A DNA stretch of 64,000 nucleotides, taken from the NCBI GenBank assembly GCA_964016885.1, contig OZ024741.1:409138001-409202000 (forward strand), written 5' to 3'. Source of the stretch: Eledone cirrhosa. Its lineage: Eukaryota. Made by a program: the position numbers and the translations under genes. The notes beneath the pieces are model-generated. The model ran no database searches and was not told the DNA's origin. It was given only the letters and a program-made list of their open reading frames with translations. Of this stretch, positions 13,701 to 27,600 are shown piece by piece (position 1 is the first letter of the stretch; every line of letters begins with the position of its first letter).

Positions 13701-16700
13701 GTGTACCTATTTTAAAAAGAAGACTTACCTATTTTAAAAGGAAGACTGTACCTATTTTAAAAGGAAGACTGTACCTATTTTAAAAGGAAGACTGTGTACC
13801 TATTTTAAAAGGGAGACTGTACCTATTTTAAAAGGAAGACTCTACCTATTTTAAAAGGAAGACTGTACCTATTTTAAAAGGAAGACTGTGTACCTATTTT
13901 AAAAGGAAGACTGTACCTATTTTAAAATGAAGACTGTGTACCTGTTTTAAAAGGGAGTCTGTGTACCTATTTTAAAAGGGAGACTGTGTACCTATTTTAA
14001 AAGGAAGACTTACCTATTTTAAAAGGAAGACTGTGTACCTATTTTAAAAGGGAGACTGTACCTATTTTAAAAGGAAGACTGTGTACCTATTTTAAAAAGA
14101 AGACTGTACCTATTTTAAAAGGAAGACTCTACCTATTTTAAAAGGAAGACTGTGTACCTATTTTAAAAGGGAGATTGCACCTATTTTAAAAGGGAGATTG
14201 TACCTATTTTAAAAGGAAGACTTACCTATTTTAAAAGGAAGACTCTACATATTTTAAAAGGAAGACTGTGTACCTATTTTAAAAGGGAGACTGTACCTAT
14301 TTTAAAAGGAAGACTGTGTACGTATTTTAAAAGGGAGACTGTGTACCTATTTTAAAAAGAAGACTGTACCTATTTTAAAAGGAAGACTCTACCTATTTTA
14401 AAAGGAAGTCTGTGTACCTATTTTAAAAGGGAGACTGCACCTATTTTAAAAGGGAGATTGTACCTATTTTAAAAGGAAGTCTGTACCTATTTTAAAAGGA
14501 AGACTGTACCTATTTTAAAAGGAAGACTGTGTACCTATTTTAAAAGGAAGACTGTGTACCTATTTTAAAAGGGAGACTGTACCTATTTTAAAAGGAAGAC
14601 TGTGTACGTATTTTAAAAGGGAGACTGTGTACCTATTTTAAAAAGAAGACTGTACCTATTTTAAAAGGAAGACTCTACCTATTTTAAAAGGAAGACTGTG
14701 TACCTATTTTAAAAGGGAGACTGCACCTATTTTAAAAGGGAGATTGTACCTATTTTAAAAGGAAGACTGTACCTATTTTAGAAGGAAGACTGTACCTATT
14801 TTAAAAGGAAGACTGTGTACCTATTTTAAAAGGATGACTGTACCTATTTTCAAAGGGTGACTGTACCTATTTTAAAAGGGAGATTGTACCTATTTTAAAA
14901 GGAAGTCTGTACCTATTTTAAAAGGAAGACTGTATCTATTTTAAAAGGGAGACTGTACCTATTTTAAAAGGAAGACTGTACCTATTTTAAAAGGAAGACT
15001 GTACATATTTTAAAAGGAAGACTGTGTACCTATTTTAAAAGGGAGACTGTGTACCTATTTTAAAAGGAAGACTGTACCTATTTTAAAAGGAAGACTGTAC
15101 CTATTTTAAAAGGAAGACTGTACCTATTTTAAAAAGAAGACTGTACCTATTTTAAAAGGAAGACTGTACCTATTTTAAAAGGAAGATTGTGTACCTATTT
15201 TAAAAGAGAGACTGTACCTATCTTAAAAGGAAGACTGTACTTATTTTAAAAGGAAGACTGTACCTATTTTAAAAGGGAGACTGTGTACCTATTTTAAAAG
15301 GGAGACTGTACCTATTTTAAAAGGAAGACTGTGTACCTGTTTTAAAAGGGAGACTGTACCTATTTTAAAAGGGAGACTCTACCTATTTTAAAAGGAAGAC
15401 TGTACCTATTTTAAAAGGAAGACTGTACCTATTTTAAAAGGGAGACTGTGTACCTATTTTAAAAGGGAGACTGTACCTATTTTAAAAGGAAGACTGTGTA
15501 CGTATTTTAAAAGGGAGATGTACCTATTTTAAAAAGAAGACTGTACCTATTTTAAAAGGAAGACTCTACATATTTTAAAAGGAAGACTGTGTACCTATTT
15601 TAAAAGGGTGACTGCACCTATTTTAAAAGGGAGACTGTACCTATTTTAAAAGGAAGACTGTACCTATTTTAAAAGGAAGACTGTACCTATTTTAAAAGGA
15701 AGACTGTGTACTTATTTTAAAAGGAAGACTGTGTACCTATTTTAAAAGGGAGACTATGTACCTATTTTAAGAGGAAGCAGATACCTATTTTAAAAGGAAG
15801 ACTGTGTACCTATTTTAAAAGGGAGACTGCACCTATTTTAAAAGGAAGACTGTATCTATTTTAAAAGGAATACTGTACCTATTTTAAAAGGAAGACTGTG
15901 TACCTATATTAAAAGGGAGACTGTGTACGTATTTTAAAAGGAAGACTGTGTACCTATTTTAAAAAGGAGACTTACCTATTTTAAAAGGAAGACTGTACCT
16001 ATTTTAAAAGGAAGACTGTACCTATTTTAAAAGGAAGACTGTGTACCTATTTTAAAAGGGAGACTGTACCTATTTTAAAAGGAAGACTCTACCTATTTTA
16101 AAAGGAAGACTGTACCTATTTTAAAAGGAAGACTGTGTACCTATTTTAAAAGGAAGACTGTACCTATTTTAAAATGAAGACTGTGTACCTGTTTTAAAAG
16201 GGAGACTGTGTACCTATTTTAAAAGGGAGACTGTGTACCTATTTTAAAAGGAAGACTTACCTATTTTAAAAGGAAGACTGTGTACCTATTTTAAAAGGGA
16301 GACTGTACCTATTTTAAAAGGAAGACTGTGTACCTATTTTAAAAAGAAGACTGTACCTATTTTAAAAGGAAGACTCTACCTATTTTAAAAGGAAGACTGT
16401 GTACCTATTTTAAAAGGGAGATTGCACCTATTTTAAAAGGGAGATTGTACCTATTTTAAAAGGAAGACTTACCTATTTTAGAAGGAAGACTGTACCTATT
16501 TTAAAAAGAAGACTGTGTACCTATTTTAAAAGGGAGACTGTGTACCTATTTTAAGAGGAAGAAGATACCTATTTTAAAACGAAGACCGTGTACTTATTTT
16601 AAAAGGGAGACTGTACCTATTTTAAAAGGAAGACTGTACCTATTTTAAAAGGAAGACTGTACATATTTTAAAAGGAAGACTGTGTACCTATTTTAAAAGG

Positions 16701-19700
16701 GAGACTGTGTACCTATTTTAAAAGGAAGACTGTACCTATTTTAAAAGGAAGACTGTACCTATTTTAAAAGGAAGACTGTACCTATTTTAAAAGGAAGACT
16801 GTGTACCTATTTTAAAAGGAAGACTGTACCTATTTTAAAATGAAGACTGTGTACCTGTTTTAAAAGGGAGACTGTGTACCTATTTTAGAAGGGAGACTGT
16901 GTACCTATTTTAAAAGGAAGACTTACCTATTTTAAAAGGAAGACTGTGTACCTATTTTAAAAGGGAGACTGTACCTATTTTAAAAGGAAGACTGTGTACG
17001 AATTTTAAAAGGGAGACTGTGTACCTATTTTAAAAAGAAGAGTGTACCTATTTTAAAAGGAAGACTCTACCTATTTTAAAAGGAAGACTGTGTACCTATT
17101 TTAAAAGGGAGATTGTACCTATTTTAAAAGGAAGACTGTACCTATTTTAGAAGGAAGACTGTACCTATTTTAAAAGGAAGACTGTGTACCTATTTTAAAA
17201 GGAAGACTGTACCTATTTCAAAAGGAAGACTATGTACCTATTTTAAAAGGAAGACTGTGTACCTATTTTAAGAGGAAGAAGATACCTATTTTAAAAGGAA
17301 GACCGTGTACCTATTTTAAAAGGGAGACTGTACCTATTTTAAAAGGAAGACTGTACCTATTTTAAAAGGAAGACTGTACATATTTTAAAAGGAAGACTGT
17401 GTACCTATTTTAAAATGGAGACTGTGTACCTATTTTAAAAGGAAGACTGTACCTATTTTAAAAGGAAGACTGTACCTATTTTAAAAGGAAGACTGTACCT
17501 ATTTTAAAAAGAAGACTGTACCTATTTTAAAAGGAAGACTGTACCTATTTTAAAAGGAAGATTCTGTACTTATTTTAAAAGGAAGACTGTACCTATTTTA
17601 AAAGGGAGACTGTGTACCTATTTTAAAAGGAAGACTCTACATATTTTAAAAGGAAGACTGTGTACCTATTTTAAAAGGGAGACTGTACCTATTTTAAAAG
17701 GAAGACTGTGTACGTATTTTAAAAGGGAGACTGTGTACCTATTTTAAAAAGAAGACTGTACCTATTTTAAAAGGAAGACTCTACCTATTTTAAAAGGAAG
17801 TCTGTGTACCTATTTTAAAAGGGAGACTGCACCTATTTTAAAAGGGAGATTGTACCTATTTTAAAAGGAAGTCTGTACCTATTTTAAAAGGAAGACTGTA
17901 CCTATTTTAAAAGGAAGACTGTGTACCTATTTTAAAAGGAAGACTGTGTACCTATTTTAAAAGGGAGACTGTACCTATTTTAAAAGGAAGACTGTGTACG
18001 TATTTTAAAAGGGAGACTGTGTACCTATTTTAAAAAGAAGACTGTACCTATTTTAAAAGGAAGACTCTACCTATTTTAAAAGGAAGACTGTGTACCTATT
18101 TTAAAAGGGAGACTGCACCTATTTTAAAAGGGAGATTGTACCTATTTTAAAAGGAAGACTGTACCTATTTTAGAAGGAAGACTGTACCTATTTTAAAAGG
18201 AAGACTGTGTACCTATTTTAAAAGGATGACTGTACCTATTTTCAAAGGGTGACTGTACCTATTTTAAAAGGGAGATTGTACCTATTTTAAAAGGAAGTCT
18301 GTACCTATTTTAAAAGGAAGACTGTATCTATTTTAAAAGGGAGACTGTACCTATTTTAAAAGGAAGACTGTACCTATTTTAAAAGGAAGACTGTACATAT
18401 TTTAAAAGGAAGACTGTGTACCTATTTTAAAAGGGAGACTGTGTACCTATTTTAAAAGGAAGACTGTACCTATTTTAAAAGGAAGACTGTACCTATTTTA
18501 AAAGGAAGACTGTACCTATTTTAAAAAGAAGACTGTACCTATTTTAAAAGGAAGACTGTACCTATTTTAAAAGGAAGATTGTGTACCTATTTTAAAAGAG
18601 AGACTGTACCTATCTTAAAAGGAAGACTGTACTTATTTTAAAAGGAAGACTGTACCTATTTTAAAAGGGAGACTGTGTACCTATTTTAAAAGGGAGACTG
18701 TACCTATTTTAAAAGGAAGACTGTGTACCTGTTTTAAAAGGGAGACTGTACCTATTTTAAAAGGGAGACTCTACCTATTTTAAAAGGAAGACTGTACCTA
18801 TTTTAAAAGGAAGACTGTACCTATTTTAAAAGGGAGATTGTGTACCTATTTTAAAAGGGAGACTGTACCTATTTTAAAAGGAAGACTGTGTACGTATTTT
18901 AAAAGGGAGATGTACCTATTTTAAAAAGAAGACTGTACCTATTTTAAAAGGAAGACTCTACATATTTTAAAAGGAAGACTGTGTACCTATTTTAAAAGGG
19001 TGACTGCACCTATTTTAAAAGGGAGACTGTACCTATTTTAAAAGGAAGACTGTACCTATTTTAAAAGGAAGACTGTACCTATTTTAAAAGGAAGACTGTG
19101 TACTTATTTTAAAAGGAAGACTGTGTACCTATTTTAAAAGGGAGACTATGTACCTATTTTAAGAGGAAGCAGATACCTATTTTAAAAGGAAGACTGTGTA
19201 CCTATTTTAAAAGGGAGACTGCACCTATTTTAAAAGGAAGACTGTATCTATTTTAAAAGGAATACTGTACCTATTTTAAAAGGAAGACTGTGTACCTATA
19301 TTAAAAGGGAGACTGTGTACGTATTTTAAAAGGAAGACTGTGTACCTATTTTAAAAAGGAGACTTACCTATTTTAAAAGGAAGACTGTACCTATTTTAAA
19401 AGGAAGACTGTACCTATTTTAAAAGGAAGACTGTGTACCTATTTTAAAAGGGAGACTGTACCTATTTTAAAAGGAAGACTCTACCTATTTTAAAAGGAAG
19501 ACTGTACCTATTTTAAAAGGAAGACTGTGTACCTATTTTAAAAGGAAGACTGTACCTATTTTAAAATGAAGACTGTGTACCTGTTTTAAAAGGGAGACTG
19601 TGTACCTATTTTAAAAGGGAGACTGTGTACCTATTTTAAAAGGAAGACTTACCTATTTTAAAAGGAAGACTGTGTACCTATTTTAAAAGGGAGACTGTAC

Positions 19701-19730
19701 CTATTTTAAAAGGAAGACTGTGTACCTATT
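10770..19730. repeat. Nested duplications: ~6019-bp offset repeat containing an internal 2627-bp offset repeat
   Basis: GTACGAATT has its second G at 10981 and 17000, and GGATGAC has its T at 12208 and 18227 (both offset 6019). A further GGATGAC lies at 14835 (offset 2627 from 12208). Boundaries are approximate. Confidence 0.8.
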
Positions 19731-22700
19731 TTAAAAAGAAGACTGTACCTATTTTAAAAGGAAGACTCTACCTATTTTAAAAGGAAGACTGTGTACCTAT
19801 TTTAAAAGGGAGATTGCACCTATTTTAAAAGGGAGATTGTACCTATTTTAAAAGGAAGACTTACCTATTTTAGAAGGAAGACTGTACCTATTTTAAAAAG
19901 AAGACTGTGTACCTATTTTAAAAGGGAGACTGTGTACCTATTTTAAGAGGAAGAAGATACCTATTTTAAAACGAAGACCGTGTACTTATTTTAAAAGGGA
20001 GACTGTACCTATTTTAAAAGGAAGACTGTACCTATTTTAAAAGGAAGACTGTACATATTTTAAAAGGAAGACTGTGTACCTATTTTAAAAGGGAGACTGT
20101 GTACCTATTTTAAAAGGAAGACTGTACCTATTTTAAAAGGAAGACTGTACCTATTTTAAAAGGAAGACTGTACCTATTTTAAAAAGAAGACTGTACCTAT
20201 TTTAAAAGGAAGACTGTACCTATTTTAAAAGGAAGATTCTGTACTTATTTTAAAAGGAAGACTGTACCTATTTTAAAAGGGAGACTGTGTACCTATTTTA
20301 AAAGGAAGACTCTACATATTTTAAAAGGAAGACTGTGTACCTATTTTAAAAGGGAGACTGTACCTATTTTAAAATGAAGACTGTGTACGTATTTTAAAAG
20401 GGAGACTGTGTACCTATTTTAAAAGGGAGAATGTGTACCTATTTTAAAAGGAAGACTTACCTATTTTAAAAGGGAGACTGTACCTATTTTAAAAGGAAGA
20501 CTGTACCTATTTTAAAAGGAAGACTGTACCTATTTTAAAAGGAAGACTGTGTACTTATTTTAAAAGGAAGACTGTGTACCTATTTTAAAAGGGAGACTAT
20601 GTACCTATTTTAAGAGGAAGCAGATACCTATTTTAAAAGGAAGACTGTGTACCTATTTTAAAAGGGAGACTGCACCTATTTTAAAAGGAAGACTGTATCT
20701 ATTTTAAAAGGAATACTGTACCTATTTTAAAAGGAAGACTGTGTACCTATATTAAAAGGGAGACTGTGTACGTATTTTAAAAGGAAGACTGTGTACCTAT
20801 TTTAAAAAGGAGACTTACCTATTTTAAAAGGAAGACTGTACCTATTTTAAAAGGAAGACTGTACCTATTTTAAAAGGAAGACTGTGTACCTATTTTAAAA
20901 GGGAGACTGTACCTATTTTAAAAGGAAGACTCTACCTATTTTAAAAGGAAGACTGTACCTATTTTAAAAGGAAGACTGTGTACCTATTTTAAAAGGAAGA
21001 CTGTACCTATTTTAAAATGAAGACTGTGTACCTGTTTTAAAAGGGAGACTGTGTACCTATTTTAAAAGGGAGACTGTGTACCTATTTTAAAAGGAAGACT
21101 TACCTATTTTAAAAGGAAGACTGTGTACCTATTTTAAAAGGGAGACTGTACCTATTTTAAAAGGAAGACTGTGTACCTATTTTAAAAAGAAGACTGTACC
21201 TATTTTAAAAGGAAGACTCTACCTATTTTAAAAGGAAGACTGTGTACCTATTTTAAAAGGGAGATTGCACCTATTTTAAAAGGGAGATTGTACCTATTTT
21301 AAAAGGAAGACTTACCTATTTTAGAAGGAAGACTGTACCTATTTTAAAAAGAAGACTGTGTACCTATTTTAAAAGGGAGACTGTGTACCTATTTTAAGAG
21401 GAAGAAGATACCTATTTTAAAACGAAGACCGTGTACTTATTTTAAAAGGGAGACTGTACCTATTTTAAAAGGAAGACTGTACCTCTTTTAAAAGGAAGAC
21501 TGTACATATTTTAAAAGGAAGACTGTGTACCTATTTTAAAAGGGAGACTGTGTACCTATTTTAAAAGGAAGACTGTACCTATTTTAAAAGGAAGACTGTA
21601 CCTATTTTAAAAGGAAGACTGTACCTATTTTAAAAAGAAGACTGTACCTATTTTAAAAGGAAGACTGTACCTATTTTAAAAGGAAGATTCTGTACTTATT
21701 TTAAAAGGAAGACTGTACCTATTTTAAAAGGGAGACTGTGTACCTATTTTAAAAGGAAGACTCTACATATTTTAAAAGGAAGACTGTGTACCTATTTTAA
21801 AAGGGAGACTGTACCTATTTTAAAATGAAGACTGTGTACGTATTTTAAAAGGGAGACTGTGTACCTATTTTAAAAGGGAGAATGTGTACCTATTTTAAAA
21901 GGAAGACTTACCTATTTTAAAAGGAAGACTGTGTACCTATTTTAAAAGGGAGACTGTACCTATTTTAAAAGGAAGACTGTGTACGTATTTTAAAAGGGAG
22001 ACTGTGTACCTATTTTAAAAAGAAGACTGTACCTATTTTAAAAGGAAGACTCTACCTATTTTAAAAGGAAGACTGTGTACCTATTTTAAAAGGGAGACTG
22101 CACCTATTTTAAAAGGGAGATTGTACCTATTTTAAAAGGAAGACTGTACCTATTTTAGAAGGAAGACTGTACCTATTTTAAAAGGAAGACTGTACCTATT
22201 TTAAAAGGAAGACTGTGTACTTATTTTAAAAGGAAGACTGTGTACCTATTTTAAAAGGGAGACTATGTACCTATTTTAAGAGGAAGCAGATACCTATTTT
22301 AAAAGGAAGACTGTGTACCTATTTTAAAAGGGAGACTGCACCTATTTTAAAAGGAAGACTGTATCTATTTTAAAAGGAATACTGTACCTATTTTAAAAGG
22401 AAGACTGTGTACCTATATTAAAAGGGAGACTGTGTACGTATTTTAAAAGGAAGACTGTGTACCTATTTTAAAAAGGAGACTTACCTATTTTAAAAGGAAG
22501 ACTGTACCTATTTTAAAAGGAAGACTGTACCTATTTTAAAAGGAAGACTGTGTACCTATTTTAAAAGGGAGACTGTACCTATTTTAAAAGGAAGACTCTA
22601 CCTATTTTAAAAGGAAGACTGTACCTATTTTAAAAGGAAGACTGTGTACCTATTTTAAAAGGAAGACTGTACCTATTTTAAAATGAAGACTGTGTACCTG

Positions 22701-23850
22701 TTTTAAAAGGGAGACTGTGTACCTATTTTAAAAGGGAGACTGTGTACCTATTTTAAAAGGAAGACTTACCTATTTTAAAAGGAAGACTGTGTACCTATTT
22801 TAAAAGGGAGACTGTACCTATTTTAAAAGGAAGACTGTGTACCTATTTTAAAAAGAAGACTGTACCTATTTTAAAAGGAAGACTCTACCTATTTTAAAAG
22901 GAAGACTGTGTACCTATTTTAAAAGGGAGATTGCACCTATTTTAAAAGGGAGATTGTACCTATTTTAAAAGGAAGACTTACCTATTTTAGAAGGAAGACT
23001 GTACCTATTTTAAAAAGAAGACTGTGTACCTATTTTAAAAGGGAGACTGTGTACCTATTTTAAGAGGAAGAAGATACCTATTTTAAAACGAAGACCGTGT
23101 ACTTATTTTAAAAGGGAGACTGTACCTATTTTAAAAGGAAGACTGTACCTATTTTAAAAGGAAGACTGTACATATTTTAAAAGGAAGACTGTGTACCTAT
23201 TTTAAAAGGGAGACTGTGTACCTATTTTAAAAGGAAGACTGTACCTATTTTAAAAGGAAGACTGTACCTATTTTAAAAGGAAGACTGTACCTATTTTAAA
23301 AAGAAGACTGTACCTATTTTAAAAGGAAGACTGTACCTATTTTAAAAGGAAGATTCTGTACTTATTTTAAAAGGAAGACTGTACCTATTTTAAAAGGGAG
23401 ACTGTGTACCTATTTTAAAAGGAAGACTCTACATATTTTAAAAGGAAGACTGTGTACCTATTTTAAAAGGGAGACTGTACCTATTTTAAAATGAAGACTG
23501 TGTACGTATTTTAAAAGGGAGACTGTGTACCTATTTTAAAAGGGAGAATGTGTACCTATTTTAAAAGGAAGACTTACCTATTTTAAAAGGAAGACTGTGT
23601 ACCTATTTTAAAAGGGAGACTGTACCTATTTTAAAAGGAAGACTGTGTACGTATTTTAAAAGGGAGACTGTGTACCTATTTTAAAAAGAAGACTGTACCT
23701 ATTTTAAAAGGAAGACTCTACCTATTTTAAAAGGAAGACTGTGTACCTATTTTAAAAGGGAGACTGCACCTATTTTAAAAGGGAGATTGTACCTATTTTA
23801 AAAGGAAGACTGTACCTATTTTAGAAGGAAGACTGTACCTATTTTAAAAG
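19010..23850. repeat. Three related copies of a ~1.45-1.67-kb block
   Basis: AAAACGAAGACCGTGTACTT has its first C at 19972, 21423 and 23089. GGGAGAATGTG has its variant A at 20431, 21882 and 23548. Offsets are 1451 then 1666 for both markers. Confidence 0.85.
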
Positions 23851-24659
23851 GAAAACTGTGTACCTATTTTAAAAGGAAGACTGTACCTATTTCAAAAGGA
23901 AGACTATGTACCTATTTTAAAAGGGAGACTGTGTACCTATTTTAAGAGGAAGAAGATACCTATTTTAAAAGGAAGACCGTGTACCTATTTTAAAAGGGAG
24001 ACTGTACCTATTTTAAAAGGAAGACTGTACATATTTTAAAAGGAAGACTGTGTACCTATTTTAAAAGGGAGACTGTGTACCTATTTTAAAAGGAAGACTG
24101 TACCTATTTTAAAAGGAAGACTGTACCTATTTTAAAAGGAAGACTGTACCTATTTTAAAAAGAAGACTGTACCTATTTTAAAAGGAAGACTGTACCTATT
24201 TTAAAAGGAAGATTGTGTACCTATTTTAAAAGAGAGACTGTACCTATCTTAAAAGGAAGACTGTACTTATTTTAAAAGGAAGACTGTACCTATTTTAAAA
24301 GGGAGACTGTGTACCTATTTTAAAAGGGAGACTGTACCTATTTTAAAAGGAAGACTGTGTACGTATTTTAAAAGGGAGATGTACCTATTTTAAAAAGAAG
24401 ACTGTACCTATTTTAAAAGGAAGACTCTACATATTTTAAAAGGAAGACTGTGTACCTATTTTAAAAGGGAGACTGCACCTATTTTAAAAGGGAGACTGTA
24501 CCTATTTTAAAAGGAAGACTGTACCTATTTTAAAAGGAAGACTGTACCTATTTTAAAAGGAAGACTGTGTACTTATTTTAAAAGGAAGACAGTGTACCTA
24601 TTTTAAAAGGGAGACTATGTACCTATTTTAAGAGGAAGCAGATACCTATTTTAAAAGGA

Positions 24660-27600
24660 AGACTGTATCTATTTTAAAAGGAATACTGTACCTATTTTAA
24701 AAGGAAGACTGTGTACCTATATTAAAAGGGAGACTGTGTACGTATTTTAAAAGGAAGACTGTGTACCTATTTTAAAAGGGAGACTTACCTATTTTAAAAG
24801 GAAGACTGTACCCATTTTAAAAGGAAGACTGTACCTATTTTAAAAGGAAGACTGTGTACCTATTTTAAAAGGGAGACTGTACCTATTTTAAAAGGAAGAC
24901 TCTACCTATTTTAAAAGGAAGACTGTACCTATTTTAAAAGGAAGACTGTGTACCTATTTTAAAAGGAAGACTGTACCTATTTTAAAATGAAGACTGTGTA
25001 CCTGTTTTAAAAGGGAGACTGTGTACCTATTTTAGAAGGGAGACTGTGTACCTATTTTAAAAGGAAGACTTACCTATTTTAAAAGGAAGACTGTGTACCT
25101 ATTTTAAAAGGGAGACTGTACCTATTTTAAAAGGAAGACTGTGTACGAATTTTAAAAGGGAGACTGTGTACCTATTTTAAAAAGAAGAGTGTACCTATTT
25201 TAAAAGGAAGACTCTACCTATTTTAAAAGGAAGACTGTGTCCCTATTTTAAAAGGGAGACTGCACCTATTTTAAAAGGGAGATTGTACCTATTTTAAAAG
25301 GAAGACTGTACCTATTTTAGAAGGAAGACTGTACCTATTTTAAAAGGAAGACTGTGTACCTATTTTAAAAGGAAGACTGTACCTATTTCAAAAGGAAGAC
25401 TATGTACCTATTTTAAAAGGAAGACTGTGTACCTATTTTAAGAGGAAGAAGATACCTATTTTAAAAGGAAGACCGTGTACCTATTTTAAAAGGGAGACTG
25501 TACCTATTTTAAAAGGAAGACTGTACCTATTTTAAAAGGAAGACTGTACATATTTTAAAAGGAAGACTGTGTACCTATTTTAAAATGGAGTCTGTGTACC
25601 TATTTTAAAAGGAAGACTGTACCTATTTTAAAAGGAAGACTGTACCTATTTTAAAAGGAAGACTGTACCTATTTTAAAAAGAAGACTGTACCTATTTTAA
25701 AAGGAAGACTGTACCTATTTTAAAAGGAAGATTCTGTACTTATTTTAAAAGGAAGACTGTACCTATTTTAAAAGGGAGACGGTGTACCTATTTTAAAAGG
25801 AAGACTCTACATATTTTAAAAGGAAGACTGTGTACCTATTTTAAAAGGGAGACTGTACCTATTTTAAAAGGAAGACTGTGTACGTATTTTAAAAGGGAGA
25901 CTGTGTACCTATTTTAAAAAGAAGACTGTACCTATTTTAAAAGGAAGACTCTACCTATTTTAAAAGGAAGTCTGTGTACCTATTTTAAAAGGGAGACTGC
26001 ACCTATTTTAAAAGGGAGATTGTACCTATTTTAAAAGGAAGTCTGTACCTATTTTAAAAGGAAGACTGTACCTATTTTAAAAGGAAGACTGTGTACCTAT
26101 TTTAAAAGGAAGACTGTGTACCTATTTTAAAAGGGAGACTGTACCTATTTTAAAAGGAAGACTGTGTACGTATTTTAAAAGGGAGACTGTGTACCTATTT
26201 TAAAAAGAAGACTGTACCTATTTTAAAAGGAAGACTCTACCTATTTTAAAAGGAAGACTGTGTACCTATTTTAAAAGGGAGACTGCACCTATTTTAAAAG
26301 GGAGATTGTACCTATTTTAAAAGGAAGACTGTACCTATTTTAGAAGGAAGACTGTACCTATTTTAAAAGGAAGACTGTGTACCTATTTTAAAAGGATGAC
26401 TGTACCTATTTTCAAAGGGTGACTGTACCTATTTTAAAAGGGAGATTGTACCTATTTTAAAAGGAAGTCTGTACCTATTTTAAAAGGAAGACTGTACCTA
26501 TTTTAAAAGGGAGACTGTACCTATTTTAAAAGGAAGACTGTACCTATTTTAAAAGGAAGACTGTACATATTTTAAAAGGAAGACTGTGTACCTATTTTAA
26601 AAGGGAGACTGTGTACCTATTTTAAAAGGAAGACTGTACCTATTTTAAAAGGAAGACTGTACCTATTTTAAAAGGAAGACTGTACCTATTTTAAAAAGAA
26701 GACTGTACCTATTTTAAAAGGAAGACTGTACCTATTTTAAAAGGAAGATTGTGTACCTATTTTAAAAGAGAGACTGTACCTATCTTAAAAGGAAGACTGT
26801 ACTTATTGTAAAAGGAAGACTGTACCTATTTTAAAAGGGAGACTGTGTACCTATTTTAAAAGGGAGACTGTACCTATTTTAAAAGGAAGACTGTGTACCT
26901 GTTTTAAAAGGGAGACTGTACCTATTTTAAAAGGGAGACTCTACCTATTTTAAAAGGAAGACTGTACCTATTTTAAAAGGAAGACTGTACCTATTTTAAA
27001 AGGGAGACTGTGTACCTATTTTAAAAGGGAGACTGTACCTATTTTAAAAGGAAGACTGTGTACGTATTTTAAAAGGGAGATGTACCTATTTTAAAAAGAA
27101 GACTGTACCTATTTTAAAAGGAAGACTCTACATATTTTAAAAGGAAGACTGTGTACCTATTTTAAAAGGGAGACTGCACCTATTTTAAAAGGGAGACTGT
27201 ACCTATTTTAAAAGGAAGACTGTACCTATTTTAAAAGGAAGACTGTACCTATTTTAAAAGGAAGACTGTGTACTTATTTTAAAAGGAAGACTGTGTACCT
27301 ATTTTAAAAGGGAGACTATGTACCTATTTTAAGAGGAAGCAGATACCTATTTTAAAAGGAAGACTGTGTACCTATTTTAAAAAGGAGACTTACCTATTTT
27401 AAAAGGAAGACTGTACCTATTTTAAAAGGAAGACTGTACCTATTTTAAAAGGAAGACTGTGTACCTATTTTAAAAGGGAGACTGTACCTATTTTAAAAGG
27501 AAGACTCTACCTATTTTAAAAGGAAGACTGTACCTATTTTAAAAGGAAGACTGTGTACCTATTTTAAAAGGAAGACTGTACCTATTTTAAAATGAAGACT